Origin: Oopsacas minuta
Lineage: Eukaryota; Animalia; Porifera
Assembly: GCA_024704765.1 (NCBI GenBank)
Contig: JAKMXF010000017.1
Location: 32,322-96,321, forward strand
Direction of reading: 5' to 3'
DNA: 64,000 nucleotides
Below are positions 37,129 through 48,661 of this stretch, in pieces. The position numbers and the translations under genes were made by a program. The notes under the pieces are model-generated. The model saw nothing but the letters and a program-made list of their open reading frames with translations, searched no databases and was not told where the DNA came from. Within the stretch, counting starts at the first letter, position 1; each line of letters begins with the position of its first letter.

Positions 37129-40100
37129 ATGCAGAATATATCTCTCTCATCTCTACCCTCTCGCAGAGATGATATCCTCCTTATCCTGGTCATTTGTTCT
37201 ATTCTATTATTACTGATATATCTACATATACTGCAGAGGATCATAGCAAGAATTATATCTTTCCTAATCAACATATACCTCAGGAAGAATAACTCATCTT
37301 TATTCATTTCCTCATTCACTTACTCCCCTCTCACTGGTCGTGTTGTACTTTACAGACTTAGATATGCGACAAACTCGTACTGTATTAGATGTGATTATGT
37401 CGGTGTTGGACTAAATTGGCGGCTCTTTTTCACAAAATCAGCTGATCTAACAAATACTAGTTTAGTTATATTGAATTTAAAAGGGCTATATTATCATTTG
37501 TATTACAGAGAGGAGACATATACAAGATTGAAGAATATATTTAGTCAATTGGATAAATCAACTTCTTTGGAAGAGATTGAAATAACAAAAGAAAATTATT
37601 CTCGTTTTTTCCCTTATTACTATAAAGTATATTTTCAAGTCACAAACGGCTTATTACTATTCGGTAATAGCTCAATACCAAAAGTATTAGCTTTCCAATT
37701 CAAAACAGCTTTCGGGACTTTTTCCACAGAGCCGACCTCCTCGCTAGAAGATCCTTACAAACGAATGTTCGTAGCTAGAACAAAATCTATGAAAATTGTC
37801 CTTCTTCCATCTTGTGCTAATTCCCCTGTCACTAAATCTCCATTCACAGAGCTGATACCAGACAAAGAAAATACTTTTTTAGACACAAACGTATTCATTA
37901 TAAAGTATAAATACGATGAACCGGGTATAGCACATGACGTCACACTACCTCCACCAGAATACACTTGCTCTGTATGGGTATCTCCTAACGCACACATCTA
38001 TTACAGTCCCTGGACTAATCTACATAGACTAGCTTTACAACGTATGTTCTTCCCGTGGGACTATTGTATGCGAGATGTTGATCCTGTTCCCGTCCAGGGT
38101 AGGAAGAGAATTTATAACAACTTTTTGGTATCTTTTCAGATACTGACTGAATCTGATGCTAATTTACAGTTACATATTGGATTCAGTGATCCTAAATCTG
38201 CAGCTAACTATTCCCTATTGAATATATCATGTGCTAATACTTCTAGATTAACAATAGACTATCCCTGGAGAGAGACAGAGCTAGGCAACACTCCTAGGAT
38301 ATTTGGTACAGTCAATAACGTACATGTGTTCTCTCCTACATACACAATGCATGAAATAGCTGAGGTTAAAGTGTTCCAGTTCAATCTATCAATGCACTTT
38401 CCGCGTAAATGGAACGGGCTACAGAAATGGATATACGATTTTAATGTAGAACACGCCCGTATTAATTTTGTATTCACACATTTGGATTTTTTTGATGCTC
38501 TGTTGGAGGATTGGAATTCATTACCGGATAAACCACCTGATATACAAACATTTGTGCCACTCAATTGGCAAATTGATGCGAAATTCAATTGCTTTCAGAT
38601 ATTCACATTCTTGAATCAGTATAACTGGATTAACACTATCCCTGGTTCAAAGGATAATACATTATTAGCATTTATTGGTAAGAGAGGGAGGATTAAAGCT
38701 AATTTCCCATTCATTGACTATCACCCAATGCGTCAGGAGATTACATTCTCTGCTATGGGAGAGAATATGATTGGAAGATTGTTTATACCACATTCTCTCT
38801 CCGTAAGGGATTCTATATTCAGTCTGAATGAGTGCAACAAAGACCGCTGGACATGGCCTACTCTATCAGAGCCTGTTTCTGCTTGTCAAGAGTGTGTTAT
38901 CGATTCTCATATTGGAGATGCGTTTGAAGAGGATTGGATTACGCTAGGTATGGGTCCGTTCTTGATGATAGACTGCTCATTCACGTATACACCGGAAACT
39001 CATCATGATCAGGCAAATTCTGAGCCTAACAACCTGAAGATATTTGTAGATATAACTGATTTACTAGCAAGATTGTACGGTTCGTTAATTAATATACTGC
39101 TGAGTTTGAAGGAGAATTATCCTGGAGAATACCAGATACATCAACCTTATACAGAATCTGGTCCTGCTATCCCATACGGCGGTATACCAATTCCTGGGAA
39201 AGGCACTGTCAGTCCGTTAGAGGTAGAGCTTGTGTTTAATCTTAAACAAGCTCAATTAGAACTGCCAAACTTCCCTAACCCATGGGACAATGATTGTCCT
39301 ATACTCCCTTCCTTATACGCAAACTTCATTGAGATATCATTCCATAGAATAATCGATCAGTCTTCAATTCGTATAATAACAGATCCTATATTCATGACAG
39401 GAGGTTCCTCTAAACAAAGAGATCAGGATTTGGTGGAAATGGGGTTTGGTTTTACTGAGAAGGTTGAGTTCTACGGACAATCAATGCTCGGACAAACTAA
39501 TGGGGAATGGCAGGAGTATGCGTGGCTGGTTGGAGCTAAACTTGGTCCTATAATTTCTGTTTGTTCTCTCTCTCAGTTATCAGAGATTGTCAGCTGGCTG
39601 CAAACAGCATTCTACCACGCAACAGCAACGGAAGATAGTTATGTGTATCCTAAACATCAATACTGTGCTGGAGAGCAGGATATTGAAATGCCAGGAAGTA
39701 AGCTGAAATATCAATTCATACTCTTAGAAGTTGAAAAGGTTGATTTTACTATTTTCCAAGATTGTGGTGCTTCTCTCCTGATAGAAATGCCAAGTTTAAC
39801 ATTAGAATTCTGTAATCTACATACATGTAGCTACTCCCATGGGTTATCACTGTTAATACAGTCTCTAACTGTATCTGTGTTAATTCCGTCTATTTTATCA
39901 GCTGATTGGGTAGAAGTAGGGTATGCTAATATAGGACAGATATTGGTACAAAGTGAAATGAAGCTTGTGGAGAATCAGAGTATTGAGAAACAACGTGCAT
40001 TCCTAACGCAGGCTGACGTTGCTAAGCATTTATGGTTTCTATATCCAGAGAAAGCTAAGCTAGACAGCAATAAGAGGATACTGTGTGGTTGTAAAGGAGG

Positions 40101-43100
40101 TTGTTTCTATTTAGGTAGTGACGTCATGAGTTCTGTTATTGATTGGCTGCCTCATCTTAAAATGTCTCGCGAAATTAGGCGGGCTCCGTTATCCGATTAT
40201 TTAGATTTTCTAACACCACCGATTGGTAACGAAGTTCATTCTTTTTCGAATCTGAACTCTCTATTCGGTTTCCTTCTCCGTTCATTTTACAAGACAGAAT
40301 TAGGTGTTTCTGAGGCTGAATCTTCCTCCGCGATAGAAAGGTTTCAGTCTATCAATACGAATAGCACTGATAGTAACGAGCTTACCTCAGAGACCGCATC
40401 ATTCTGTAGTGCCTTCTCTCACTTACCTAGTGTAACAGATGGAGACTCTCGTGTTAGTCTTAACAGTGATGATTCTAACCACACATCTATACCAGAGGAA
40501 TTACCTGTCCCAGAGAGCTTTCTCTCACAATTCCGTCTTAAAGTAAGATTCTTAAACACTAATACTACATACCACCTCTTCCAAATGATGCATGATATAA
40601 GACAGGTTAATCCTGATTACTTCCATGACGCTCACAAAGATGTTTATCAGACAGAAATTGATCCTCTAACCGTCGATGCTTTCATAACTAACCCTCTCCC
40701 ACATAGAAGACTCAAATTCTCTCTTCCTCATTTCTCAGATTGTAAAACAGCTCGTCTTACACTTCATCCCAATATTATGAATATTCCTACAGAGAATCAA
40801 GCTAGATCCGAGCCTTCTGAATCAAATACAATGATGTCATTACAAATCAGTATAATACAGAATGTAGATATATACGCTACCACCAGTGTATTTAAGGCTA
40901 TTACAACTCTACTGGAGTCTGTACAGGATACTCTTATAACTCCACATCCATTACATTTGCTCAATAGAGTCAGGAATGATTTTATTAGCGAAAATTCTAG
41001 TAGTTCAGATCTTATCAAACTGTCTGAAGTTAAGAATGAATCGTTTTCTATTTCAATATTTATCAATCCAGACGTAAATTTGTTCTTTACTTTAGTTCGT
41101 AATACTCCCATCTATCATGACTTTGATACGCGGAATAATAGTGATGAAAAGCGCAGGTTTACATTCTACTCATTCATTTCAGTTGTTATATCCTCATCTC
41201 TTCTCCAGATACAAGTTTCTACATCTTCATCATCTAGAAATGATATAACAGCATCTCTCCCTGATACTAGTTTGCTAACTAACCAAGGCATCAGAGCTGG
41301 ATTTCATTTATCAATTCTATCCTTGCTTCTACAGAGCGGATTGTTATTCTGTTTACAACCTGAATACACTAGTGAGAGTATATCGCAAGCTTTTGAGCAT
41401 ATTCCCAGTAAACAGACGAAGTACAAGTTCCATACTCCTGGTGAAGGTAAGTTCATTTCTCTCTCTCAATTTGAAACTGGTTTGGATGAAATTCTTGTCA
41501 CAGGCTGTATTAAACAGAGTAGTGATAAGAAATTGAAATTCGTTAGTAAGTGGTGGTCTCTGTTAAGTCGTACAGATAGTTTGTATGGGAGTTTAGATGC
41601 ACGTTGTGCTGGATTCTTCTTCCATCTACCTTGTGCTAGAGATGTCGATCTTATTAAGAAGCATATAGCTCCATCTTGGATTACAACTTTGATATTATTT
41701 GTAGATGAAGTTCATTCAGAAGTAATGCCAGTCCTTAGCTATGCTAAAGAGTTAATCGAATTACGGAAATCTTGGTCACAAGATATATTTATATCTCTCG
41801 CAGCTGTTACGCTAGGACATGATTTTAGAAAGAAACAGGTGAGTCCGTTTTTCGATGAAAAATCTAGATATCTCCACTCATGTTTGGGTTTAGAATTCTT
41901 GAATATTATTCAATCTATTTTCTTAATTGAGAAAGAATCTACTGTGTTAGAACATATTCCCAGTAAACTGACGAAAAAGTATAAAATCAGAATTTTGGAT
42001 TCTCTTTTCGCCAATTTTATATTCAGAAAATTATCATATAATTCTATTAATTTTGACATTGACATTAACAGGAAAGAATTCATTAAATTCTTTTCATCAA
42101 CCTCCTGGAGAGATAAACTCTTTATTTTATTTGGATCTTTTGAAAATATTTTCACACAATTTGACTTCATTCCTAATAATTTCAAAAGTGAATTGACTGC
42201 AGTAAATGTATACATAAGAATCCAAAAGTTAGTTGTTTTAATCTCACAGAATCCTCAACGTAGATCTCTAGTAATACCCGAACCAACTCCATTACTGTCA
42301 ATTGAACCAGTTGTCTCTTCAATTAAAGTGAATAACGATTCTCCATTATGTCGTATACCCCGTTATTACGTTGGTAAGAATGACGAGCCACAGAAGCGTT
42401 TGAAACTTCACATAACCTCAACAATATGTATCTCAAAGCTAGTACTGCATTTTGAAGTAGAAGATATGATTCTTATTTACACATCAATACTCGGTCTTAA
42501 AACTCATCTGACAACAATGCGTGACGAGTTTCCTTCAGGAATTCGCACTGATCCCCACCAGTTGACAATGTCTATACTAAAAGCTAGCAATCGTATGTGG
42601 CATGATTGGGCTAATAATTGGATTGATATGAATGATCAGTTAGAGGAAATTAAACAATCTACTCCATTTAGGTATAGTACTTTTTCGAACCCAAGATTCC
42701 GTTCTGCCCCTACTAATATCACAAATACATTACTATCTCCATTGCATAAAACCACAAGATACGAGCAGATACGTATTTCAGATATTGAGAGTGGATCTGG
42801 ATCTAATGCTACTACGTCATCTGACAATTACATCTCTCCATATGAAGGAGAAAACAATTTGAATTTATTCTTTGCATTACAAATCGATAATGTGTCCATA
42901 TTCTCTCCTGATGAAGTGAACTTTAACCTTTCATTTGAATCTATTACTCTTTCATCTCTTGTGAAGAGTAACATCCATCATTCAAAGAATACATTGTCTA
43001 TTCATGATGATTTTACTAGTCTGTTGACTATTGGTGTTGGTAAAGGTAAACTATACATTACAGATGCAGACACACATGCTGATCTCTTGCAATCCAGACT

Positions 43101-46100
43101 CAAGCCATTCCAAGGAATTGCCATGGTTACGCTGAAGAATGGCTATCAAGAACGAGGCTTGCTGCCTTCACTAGAACATCTCCATTACATGTTACATCTC
43201 AACATAAATGATCTCAAAATTAACATTCTACGTCCTCCTGATCTCCTGTTCGACTCTATATCTAAAATAGCTGTTAAGCTAGTACACGATATTTCAACTA
43301 TTGTGAATTCATATTACTCTCTGGAAATGGAGAATCCAATGTATGCGCGGCGTAAAAAACGAGAGAATACGTTCTCACCGAATTTTTTCTATGACCCCTC
43401 ACTTCCATTTAATCTCCCTAGTGGCTCAATACTGCTAGATTTCAATTCTGCTGTACTGAATATAGAAGCATTAGAGAGTATATCTCTACAATATGAATTC
43501 AGTGGCTTTAGAATCTCTCTTGCTACAGCCCCACAGAATATGAGATTGTCTGTACTCATTGATTTGCATGTGATTCTTGCCATCTCTAAAATAACTGGTA
43601 ACCCTTTGGATACGCTAAATATTCCTAAGATTGAGACAGTTTTCGAAGTAAAGTCTCTAAAGCCAATCACATTCATACCAACACTATCTATTCAATCCAT
43701 CAATCTCTACTTCTCCGTAGACCTGATCAACCAGATTACTGCGCTAATAATCGCTTACATGTATGAGAGTCGTAAGCTGTATTATGACCTTAAACCGTAT
43801 CTACCCAAAACTTCATACGAAGATTCGACACTACATCCTCAAAGTGAAATGCCTGTTCAAGTCCGAGAAGCAACATTTTCCATTTTAGATCTGCTTCATT
43901 CTGTGAAGATACATCTTGATCCGATAAATGTATCTCTTACGTCATCCGCACTCACAATGCGACTCGCTACCACTACAATAGACATTAACATTAAGAATCC
44001 AAATGCGTTTAATTACAGAAGGAATCTGAACAAAATTCAGTCTGGTAAATTCATTTTAATGGAGAAGATACAGTTTGATATCTCTCTAACTCTCAGTATC
44101 AGATACAATCCTCGAGCAGAACCTCATGAATTAGCTTACTTTAGAACCAGAATATTGACTGAGGATAGTATTAGCTCTGATGTACACGAGAATATTGGAG
44201 ATATCAGTCATTTTGAAGAATATTCAAATTCAAAACATTTATTCCTACTAACTATAGTCAGTCCGCATCTCTATCTCCCTACCTTCGCAATGGAGAATAT
44301 TTTCACTTACATTATACATTGGCATGGAGGCTATTTATTCTGGCAGAGACAAGTACGTCATCATGACTACACAGCTGGTAATATAACGCCTACTATTCCA
44401 GTTCGAACATATCCTGAAAGAGTCAACCCAACTCCTTCATTCTTTGATTTCTTCAGTTCAACTATATTTATGATTACTATTAAAGATCTTGGTATTTGTA
44501 TTCCAGTCACCTATCAAGCCAGATTGTCGCCAAATGTTCCTATTCATGCTTTTTTATGCACTGTAGCTCATACAAGTGTGAGTGCATTGTTTGGCAAACG
44601 TTCAGGAGCAGTAGGAACCTTCAAAGATTTCAGGCTTGGTTTCCAGAGTCAATTTAACCCAAGTCATGGGATATGGTCTATCACTAATGTACGTACGACA
44701 CGACCATTGAATTCTGGCTGTGTTGAACAGGGAACTTGTAAGCTCTGTTTCACATACTCCCTTGAGGATTATATGAATCAGGGCAAAAGAGACAGAGTTC
44801 AAGTTAGGTTAGTATTTGATATGGCAGGTTTTGAGAGTCATATGGATAGCGGAATAGGTTTCTATCTACCAGCTCTTATCAAGAGTATTACCAATGTAGC
44901 TTCTGGTATAGAAGCAGTACAGGAATCTACTAGTTATGATGCACAGGGTAGCTTACGACGTACTAGCTTTATACAAGAGGAATCCGTTTCTAGATCTCAA
45001 GCAAGGAGCGGGGTATCCGGGACCATTACTGAACGTAGACACACTCAGAAATCTGATCAAGGTGATTGGGCTAACCCTAATCTTTCAGATAAGGAATTCA
45101 GTTCTCTTGTGTCTGATACCATAAGGAACACACCCTCTCAGTTGTCCAGTCAAGGTAGCGATAAATTATTCTCTGAGGATGATATAACTCCCAGAAAACA
45201 AGATGATCTGGTTGGATTCCTACAAGCAATAGATCTTGATGTGAATATATCAATAAAGATAGCACACGGTAAAGTACTGATAGACAGTACAGAGCGTAAT
45301 CAAGGCATGGAAGAAACTAAATTGTATAAGAGATTTGCTTCTTATCCCTTGTTCCATAATCCATCTATAATCTCTTCTAATTACTCTTCTGATGAAGCAT
45401 CGGGTAATGACTACAATCACCATGCATTCTCTGAATCATCTACTTTGTATATTCCTGGATTAGATATTTCTGTCAGTTACAATTCTTCTATTCACAAAGA
45501 TAAGAATTATGTGAGTGGATCATCGATTGGTGACTCTACAATGCCTGCATCACCTCCATGTCTTAAGTCTCTCCCTGCAAGACTACACGCCCTGGTGATG
45601 ATAAGATCTGTCCCCAGAGAAATGCGTATCTTACCAACTTTAATTGAGTTCTTAGACAAGATAACTCAGCCGATTAGCAACTTTGCTCAGAGCACTTCCT
45701 TCCTGCTAGGGGCAGGTTCTAGTGTACCTCCATCTGACCATCAGCCTAACATCCTAGCAGACGATACCCCCTCAAGTGAATTCTTCCCTATAGACGTGCT
45801 AATCAGTATACAATTACAGCCTATGATAGTAAAGCTATCCTGTCTACCCATTTCTCGAGTTGAAGCGATTCTCCAAACTCCACAGATTGATATCATGAGT
45901 TCTTTCACTATATACAAACAAAGAGACCCAGATTTTGAGACTTCTTTTTCATTCAAGTTGTTACGTTCTTATTTACATCAGCATGATATACTTAATTTGT
46001 ATTTCATGACAAACTTTAACCTCACATTCTATCTCTCAAAGTTATCACTCTCCGTGTCCAGTTACCTACAGACAACTCAGGAAGAATCCAATCAATCTAA

Positions 46101-48099
46101 GACAAGAGATGCTTTGAGAGTTCAGCTAGACAGAGCAAAGTTTAACCTATTCAGGAGGAAAGCTAACTATTCACTCGACACTGATTACAATTCATTTCCT
46201 GTGTCTACTATTGACTTCTCACTGGTAGCAGTGATCGGGAAGCTATTCTTCAAATACGACATGAGACGTCTGACAGATGTCACTACATTCAGGAAATGCT
46301 GGTATCGTCAGGGGTTTATGAATTTGATCTTTCTGGGTGCGAATCTAGCTAATGCTCACCCTTCAGAACCGAAGCCTCCTAAAGTGAAAGAAGTTAATGC
46401 GATAGAATCTGCCTCAATAGTTATCTTCTCTCTACAGATACGTGAATGTGAAGTTGTATGCAATTTAGCTGATTTAATGGGAGACTGTGATTTCAATACA
46501 AAGTCTCTGACAATTAACGGTCATATGGGACATAGAGCACAGAATTTAATGCTACTATCAATCAAAGTATTAATGGAACAAGCTAAATTCCTAGCTCAGG
46601 GTGGTGTGATAGCTGGTAATACTGGGTTAGATAATGCTAATTTCTATCTATCTATCTCCAAAAGTCAAATACACAAGTTGCCTTCTCATAGACTCTCTTT
46701 TGATGTGTTTAGCTTTGATGGACGACTGAAATACATGGGATTGACTGTATTAACGTTGGAAACTTGTGAGATTAAAACTATAGGTAGGGACTCTTGGGAT
46801 GAAACTTTAGGAGATCTCACCTTGAAACTACATTTTGATATTGAATGGAAACTTTTTAGAATGATGCTTACTCGATCTACAAGCGATTCTATCCTGAAAA
46901 TATTTGAGCGTCTTCAACGATTCGTAGATGAACAACAGAGACGTTCTAGGAAGATGCTGGCTCGCTTATTACCTAAAGATCGTCCACCTGTTGTAGCTTC
47001 TCTCATGGCTAAAATGGAGAATGAGAAAAAACTTGAACCACCAATAAACAAACTATTTTCCGTAAGTTGGCTGTGGGCTGTAGAGAATGGAGTTTTCCGT
47101 TTGATTGAGAACTTAGGATTTACCTTTTCAACTTGTGCCGACCTTCATTTAGGCGGAAATGTCAATATTTCTGGGGGAGGATTCGCTATAGCGTTTAGTC
47201 CTTCTGATAATTTCCTGATTGACACTTGGACTGTAATCTCTGTAACAGGATTGTTGATTAAATTCAATACTGTCGCAATACCAGGTCTTATGTTAAAAGA
47301 TAGAACAGGCACTGATTCGGTTAATAGTTTTGCTCAAAGGATTTGCCAGCAATCATTCCGGATTGAGTTATTGGATAGAGAGACGGGTGGAGCTTTTGAA
47401 GAGAAGGCAGGTGTGTATAAAGTTGTACGTACAAAAGGTCCTGTCCCTCCAGCAGATACTTCTACTAGGGGATGGCTAGATTACACTTGTATTGAGTCGA
47501 AACTTCGGATTTGCCCCCAACGAGAACAATCTGAAACATCAAAATACAAAACTAAGACTTCTCCTATTCCTATACTCTCATTCCCTTCCTGCTTCATACA
47601 ACTTATTAGTGATCATTTTTGTATTGGAAATATTGATACTAAAGATATTCAAACTCGTGTTGAGTGTAATTTCGATTCTAGTTTCTACGGAGAAGTAGCT
47701 GTAACTACGAATGTAGATTTATATTTATTCCTTCATGACCTATTCAAGGTTTATATTCAGAGACTTAAGGTTATAGCTGAAAAACAAACTGATGAAAAAC
47801 CTAAACAAACAACTTCGGATTCACCAGTAGATACTAGAACATTCATCTGCGATTTCTGGCATTTAGAACCAATGCTTAATGTAATGTCTATGGTTTCGTG
47901 GGGTTCTGGTAGCGTTAACCCTCACATTGATTGGTTGTTAGATAAACTAAGCTTGAATAAAGCACGTACTACCATACCCAAATGCATTCAACGTGGTGCT
48001 ATGGATCCTATTGATCATCTTCTATCTCTATTTCTTAAGAGGCTATTATTATTTTCTGCTGGTAAGAAATCTTTCTCTGATATGCTAGATTCGAATTAG
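37129..48099 (+). CDS. BLTP1: Bridge-like lipid transfer protein 1 (KIAA1109/Tweek/Csf1 family), 3656 aa, single ORF
   Basis: N-terminal TM helix followed by SFTYSPLTGRVVL. C-terminal DWLLDKLSLNKARTTIPKCIQRGAMDPIDHLLS matches the conserved KIAA1109 C-terminus. Confidence 0.9.
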   Translation: MQNISLSSLPSRRDDILLILVICSILLLLIYLHILQRIIARIISFLINIYLRKNNSSLFISSFTYSPLTGRVVLYRLRYATNSYCIRCDYVGVGLNWRLFFTKSADLTNTSLVILNLKGLYYHLYYREETYTRLKNIFSQLDKSTSLEEIEITKENYSRFFPYYYKVYFQVTNGLLLFGNSSIPKVLAFQFKTAFGTFSTEPTSSLEDPYKRMFVARTKSMKIVLLPSCANSPVTKSPFTELIPDKENTFLDTNVFIIKYKYDEPGIAHDVTLPPPEYTCSVWVSPNAHIYYSPWTNLHRLALQRMFFPWDYCMRDVDPVPVQGRKRIYNNFLVSFQILTESDANLQLHIGFSDPKSAANYSLLNISCANTSRLTIDYPWRETELGNTPRIFGTVNNVHVFSPTYTMHEIAEVKVFQFNLSMHFPRKWNGLQKWIYDFNVEHARINFVFTHLDFFDALLEDWNSLPDKPPDIQTFVPLNWQIDAKFNCFQIFTFLNQYNWINTIPGSKDNTLLAFIGKRGRIKANFPFIDYHPMRQEITFSAMGENMIGRLFIPHSLSVRDSIFSLNECNKDRWTWPTLSEPVSACQECVIDSHIGDAFEEDWITLGMGPFLMIDCSFTYTPETHHDQANSEPNNLKIFVDITDLLARLYGSLINILLSLKENYPGEYQIHQPYTESGPAIPYGGIPIPGKGTVSPLEVELVFNLKQAQLELPNFPNPWDNDCPILPSLYANFIEISFHRIIDQSSIRIITDPIFMTGGSSKQRDQDLVEMGFGFTEKVEFYGQSMLGQTNGEWQEYAWLVGAKLGPIISVCSLSQLSEIVSWLQTAFYHATATEDSYVYPKHQYCAGEQDIEMPGSKLKYQFILLEVEKVDFTIFQDCGASLLIEMPSLTLEFCNLHTCSYSHGLSLLIQSLTVSVLIPSILSADWVEVGYANIGQILVQSEMKLVENQSIEKQRAFLTQADVAKHLWFLYPEKAKLDSNKRILCGCKGGCFYLGSDVMSSVIDWLPHLKMSREIRRAPLSDYLDFLTPPIGNEVHSFSNLNSLFGFLLRSFYKTELGVSEAESSSAIERFQSINTNSTDSNELTSETASFCSAFSHLPSVTDGDSRVSLNSDDSNHTSIPEELPVPESFLSQFRLKVRFLNTNTTYHLFQMMHDIRQVNPDYFHDAHKDVYQTEIDPLTVDAFITNPLPHRRLKFSLPHFSDCKTARLTLHPNIMNIPTENQARSEPSESNTMMSLQISIIQNVDIYATTSVFKAITTLLESVQDTLITPHPLHLLNRVRNDFISENSSSSDLIKLSEVKNESFSISIFINPDVNLFFTLVRNTPIYHDFDTRNNSDEKRRFTFYSFISVVISSSLLQIQVSTSSSSRNDITASLPDTSLLTNQGIRAGFHLSILSLLLQSGLLFCLQPEYTSESISQAFEHIPSKQTKYKFHTPGEGKFISLSQFETGLDEILVTGCIKQSSDKKLKFVSKWWSLLSRTDSLYGSLDARCAGFFFHLPCARDVDLIKKHIAPSWITTLILFVDEVHSEVMPVLSYAKELIELRKSWSQDIFISLAAVTLGHDFRKKQVSPFFDEKSRYLHSCLGLEFLNIIQSIFLIEKESTVLEHIPSKLTKKYKIRILDSLFANFIFRKLSYNSINFDIDINRKEFIKFFSSTSWRDKLFILFGSFENIFTQFDFIPNNFKSELTAVNVYIRIQKLVVLISQNPQRRSLVIPEPTPLLSIEPVVSSIKVNNDSPLCRIPRYYVGKNDEPQKRLKLHITSTICISKLVLHFEVEDMILIYTSILGLKTHLTTMRDEFPSGIRTDPHQLTMSILKASNRMWHDWANNWIDMNDQLEEIKQSTPFRYSTFSNPRFRSAPTNITNTLLSPLHKTTRYEQIRISDIESGSGSNATTSSDNYISPYEGENNLNLFFALQIDNVSIFSPDEVNFNLSFESITLSSLVKSNIHHSKNTLSIHDDFTSLLTIGVGKGKLYITDADTHADLLQSRLKPFQGIAMVTLKNGYQERGLLPSLEHLHYMLHLNINDLKINILRPPDLLFDSISKIAVKLVHDISTIVNSYYSLEMENPMYARRKKRENTFSPNFFYDPSLPFNLPSGSILLDFNSAVLNIEALESISLQYEFSGFRISLATAPQNMRLSVLIDLHVILAISKITGNPLDTLNIPKIETVFEVKSLKPITFIPTLSIQSINLYFSVDLINQITALIIAYMYESRKLYYDLKPYLPKTSYEDSTLHPQSEMPVQVREATFSILDLLHSVKIHLDPINVSLTSSALTMRLATTTIDINIKNPNAFNYRRNLNKIQSGKFILMEKIQFDISLTLSIRYNPRAEPHELAYFRTRILTEDSISSDVHENIGDISHFEEYSNSKHLFLLTIVSPHLYLPTFAMENIFTYIIHWHGGYLFWQRQVRHHDYTAGNITPTIPVRTYPERVNPTPSFFDFFSSTIFMITIKDLGICIPVTYQARLSPNVPIHAFLCTVAHTSVSALFGKRSGAVGTFKDFRLGFQSQFNPSHGIWSITNVRTTRPLNSGCVEQGTCKLCFTYSLEDYMNQGKRDRVQVRLVFDMAGFESHMDSGIGFYLPALIKSITNVASGIEAVQESTSYDAQGSLRRTSFIQEESVSRSQARSGVSGTITERRHTQKSDQGDWANPNLSDKEFSSLVSDTIRNTPSQLSSQGSDKLFSEDDITPRKQDDLVGFLQAIDLDVNISIKIAHGKVLIDSTERNQGMEETKLYKRFASYPLFHNPSIISSNYSSDEASGNDYNHHAFSESSTLYIPGLDISVSYNSSIHKDKNYVSGSSIGDSTMPASPPCLKSLPARLHALVMIRSVPREMRILPTLIEFLDKITQPISNFAQSTSFLLGAGSSVPPSDHQPNILADDTPSSEFFPIDVLISIQLQPMIVKLSCLPISRVEAILQTPQIDIMSSFTIYKQRDPDFETSFSFKLLRSYLHQHDILNLYFMTNFNLTFYLSKLSLSVSSYLQTTQEESNQSKTRDALRVQLDRAKFNLFRRKANYSLDTDYNSFPVSTIDFSLVAVIGKLFFKYDMRRLTDVTTFRKCWYRQGFMNLIFLGANLANAHPSEPKPPKVKEVNAIESASIVIFSLQIRECEVVCNLADLMGDCDFNTKSLTINGHMGHRAQNLMLLSIKVLMEQAKFLAQGGVIAGNTGLDNANFYLSISKSQIHKLPSHRLSFDVFSFDGRLKYMGLTVLTLETCEIKTIGRDSWDETLGDLTLKLHFDIEWKLFRMMLTRSTSDSILKIFERLQRFVDEQQRRSRKMLARLLPKDRPPVVASLMAKMENEKKLEPPINKLFSVSWLWAVENGVFRLIENLGFTFSTCADLHLGGNVNISGGGFAIAFSPSDNFLIDTWTVISVTGLLIKFNTVAIPGLMLKDRTGTDSVNSFAQRICQQSFRIELLDRETGGAFEEKAGVYKVVRTKGPVPPADTSTRGWLDYTCIESKLRICPQREQSETSKYKTKTSPIPILSFPSCFIQLISDHFCIGNIDTKDIQTRVECNFDSSFYGEVAVTTNVDLYLFLHDLFKVYIQRLKVIAEKQTDEKPKQTTSDSPVDTRTFICDFWHLEPMLNVMSMVSWGSGSVNPHIDWLLDKLSLNKARTTIPKCIQRGAMDPIDHLLSLFLKRLLLFSAGKKSFSDMLDSN

Positions 48100-48661
48100 A
48101 GATTAATAATACTGGATTAGTTGATACCAAATATTTGTATATAATAGTATTTGATATTTCAATCCTCATGTTTCTGGCTCGTTTATAATTCTGTGATCAT
48201 TTCCTCTTACCTTTTTAATACAAATCACAAGTACGTAGTTACTTTAATATTTCGGGATCTGGCAAAACCGAATCAGTGTTAAATTAGAGTCCTGACACAT
48301 AGGCGACAATTGGGGTACTATGGAGCCTAATAGTCACTTACGTGTCAGTTAATTTTTTTGGTGAGATTATTATTTAGTGAGATTTTCATGGATTAGAATC
48401 AAATGTAGCCTCCCTAAATGTAGTTCTAAAAGAAATCTAGGCCAGACCAATTTTTTGTGACAGGCCTTAGGCAACTCTTAGAAGTGGGAACATATTACTC
48501 ATTGACCATGAAGGTTTAAATATTGATGGTCGAAAAACTGTCTACTGCCTTGATTTCCCATTCCTATCTGTTGAGAATCACTGTATTATCCGTGTTTATA
48601 CTATGTATTCAGAATTTCTTGTTTTGTATACAGCACTTAACAATAATATTTAGCTCTGTGC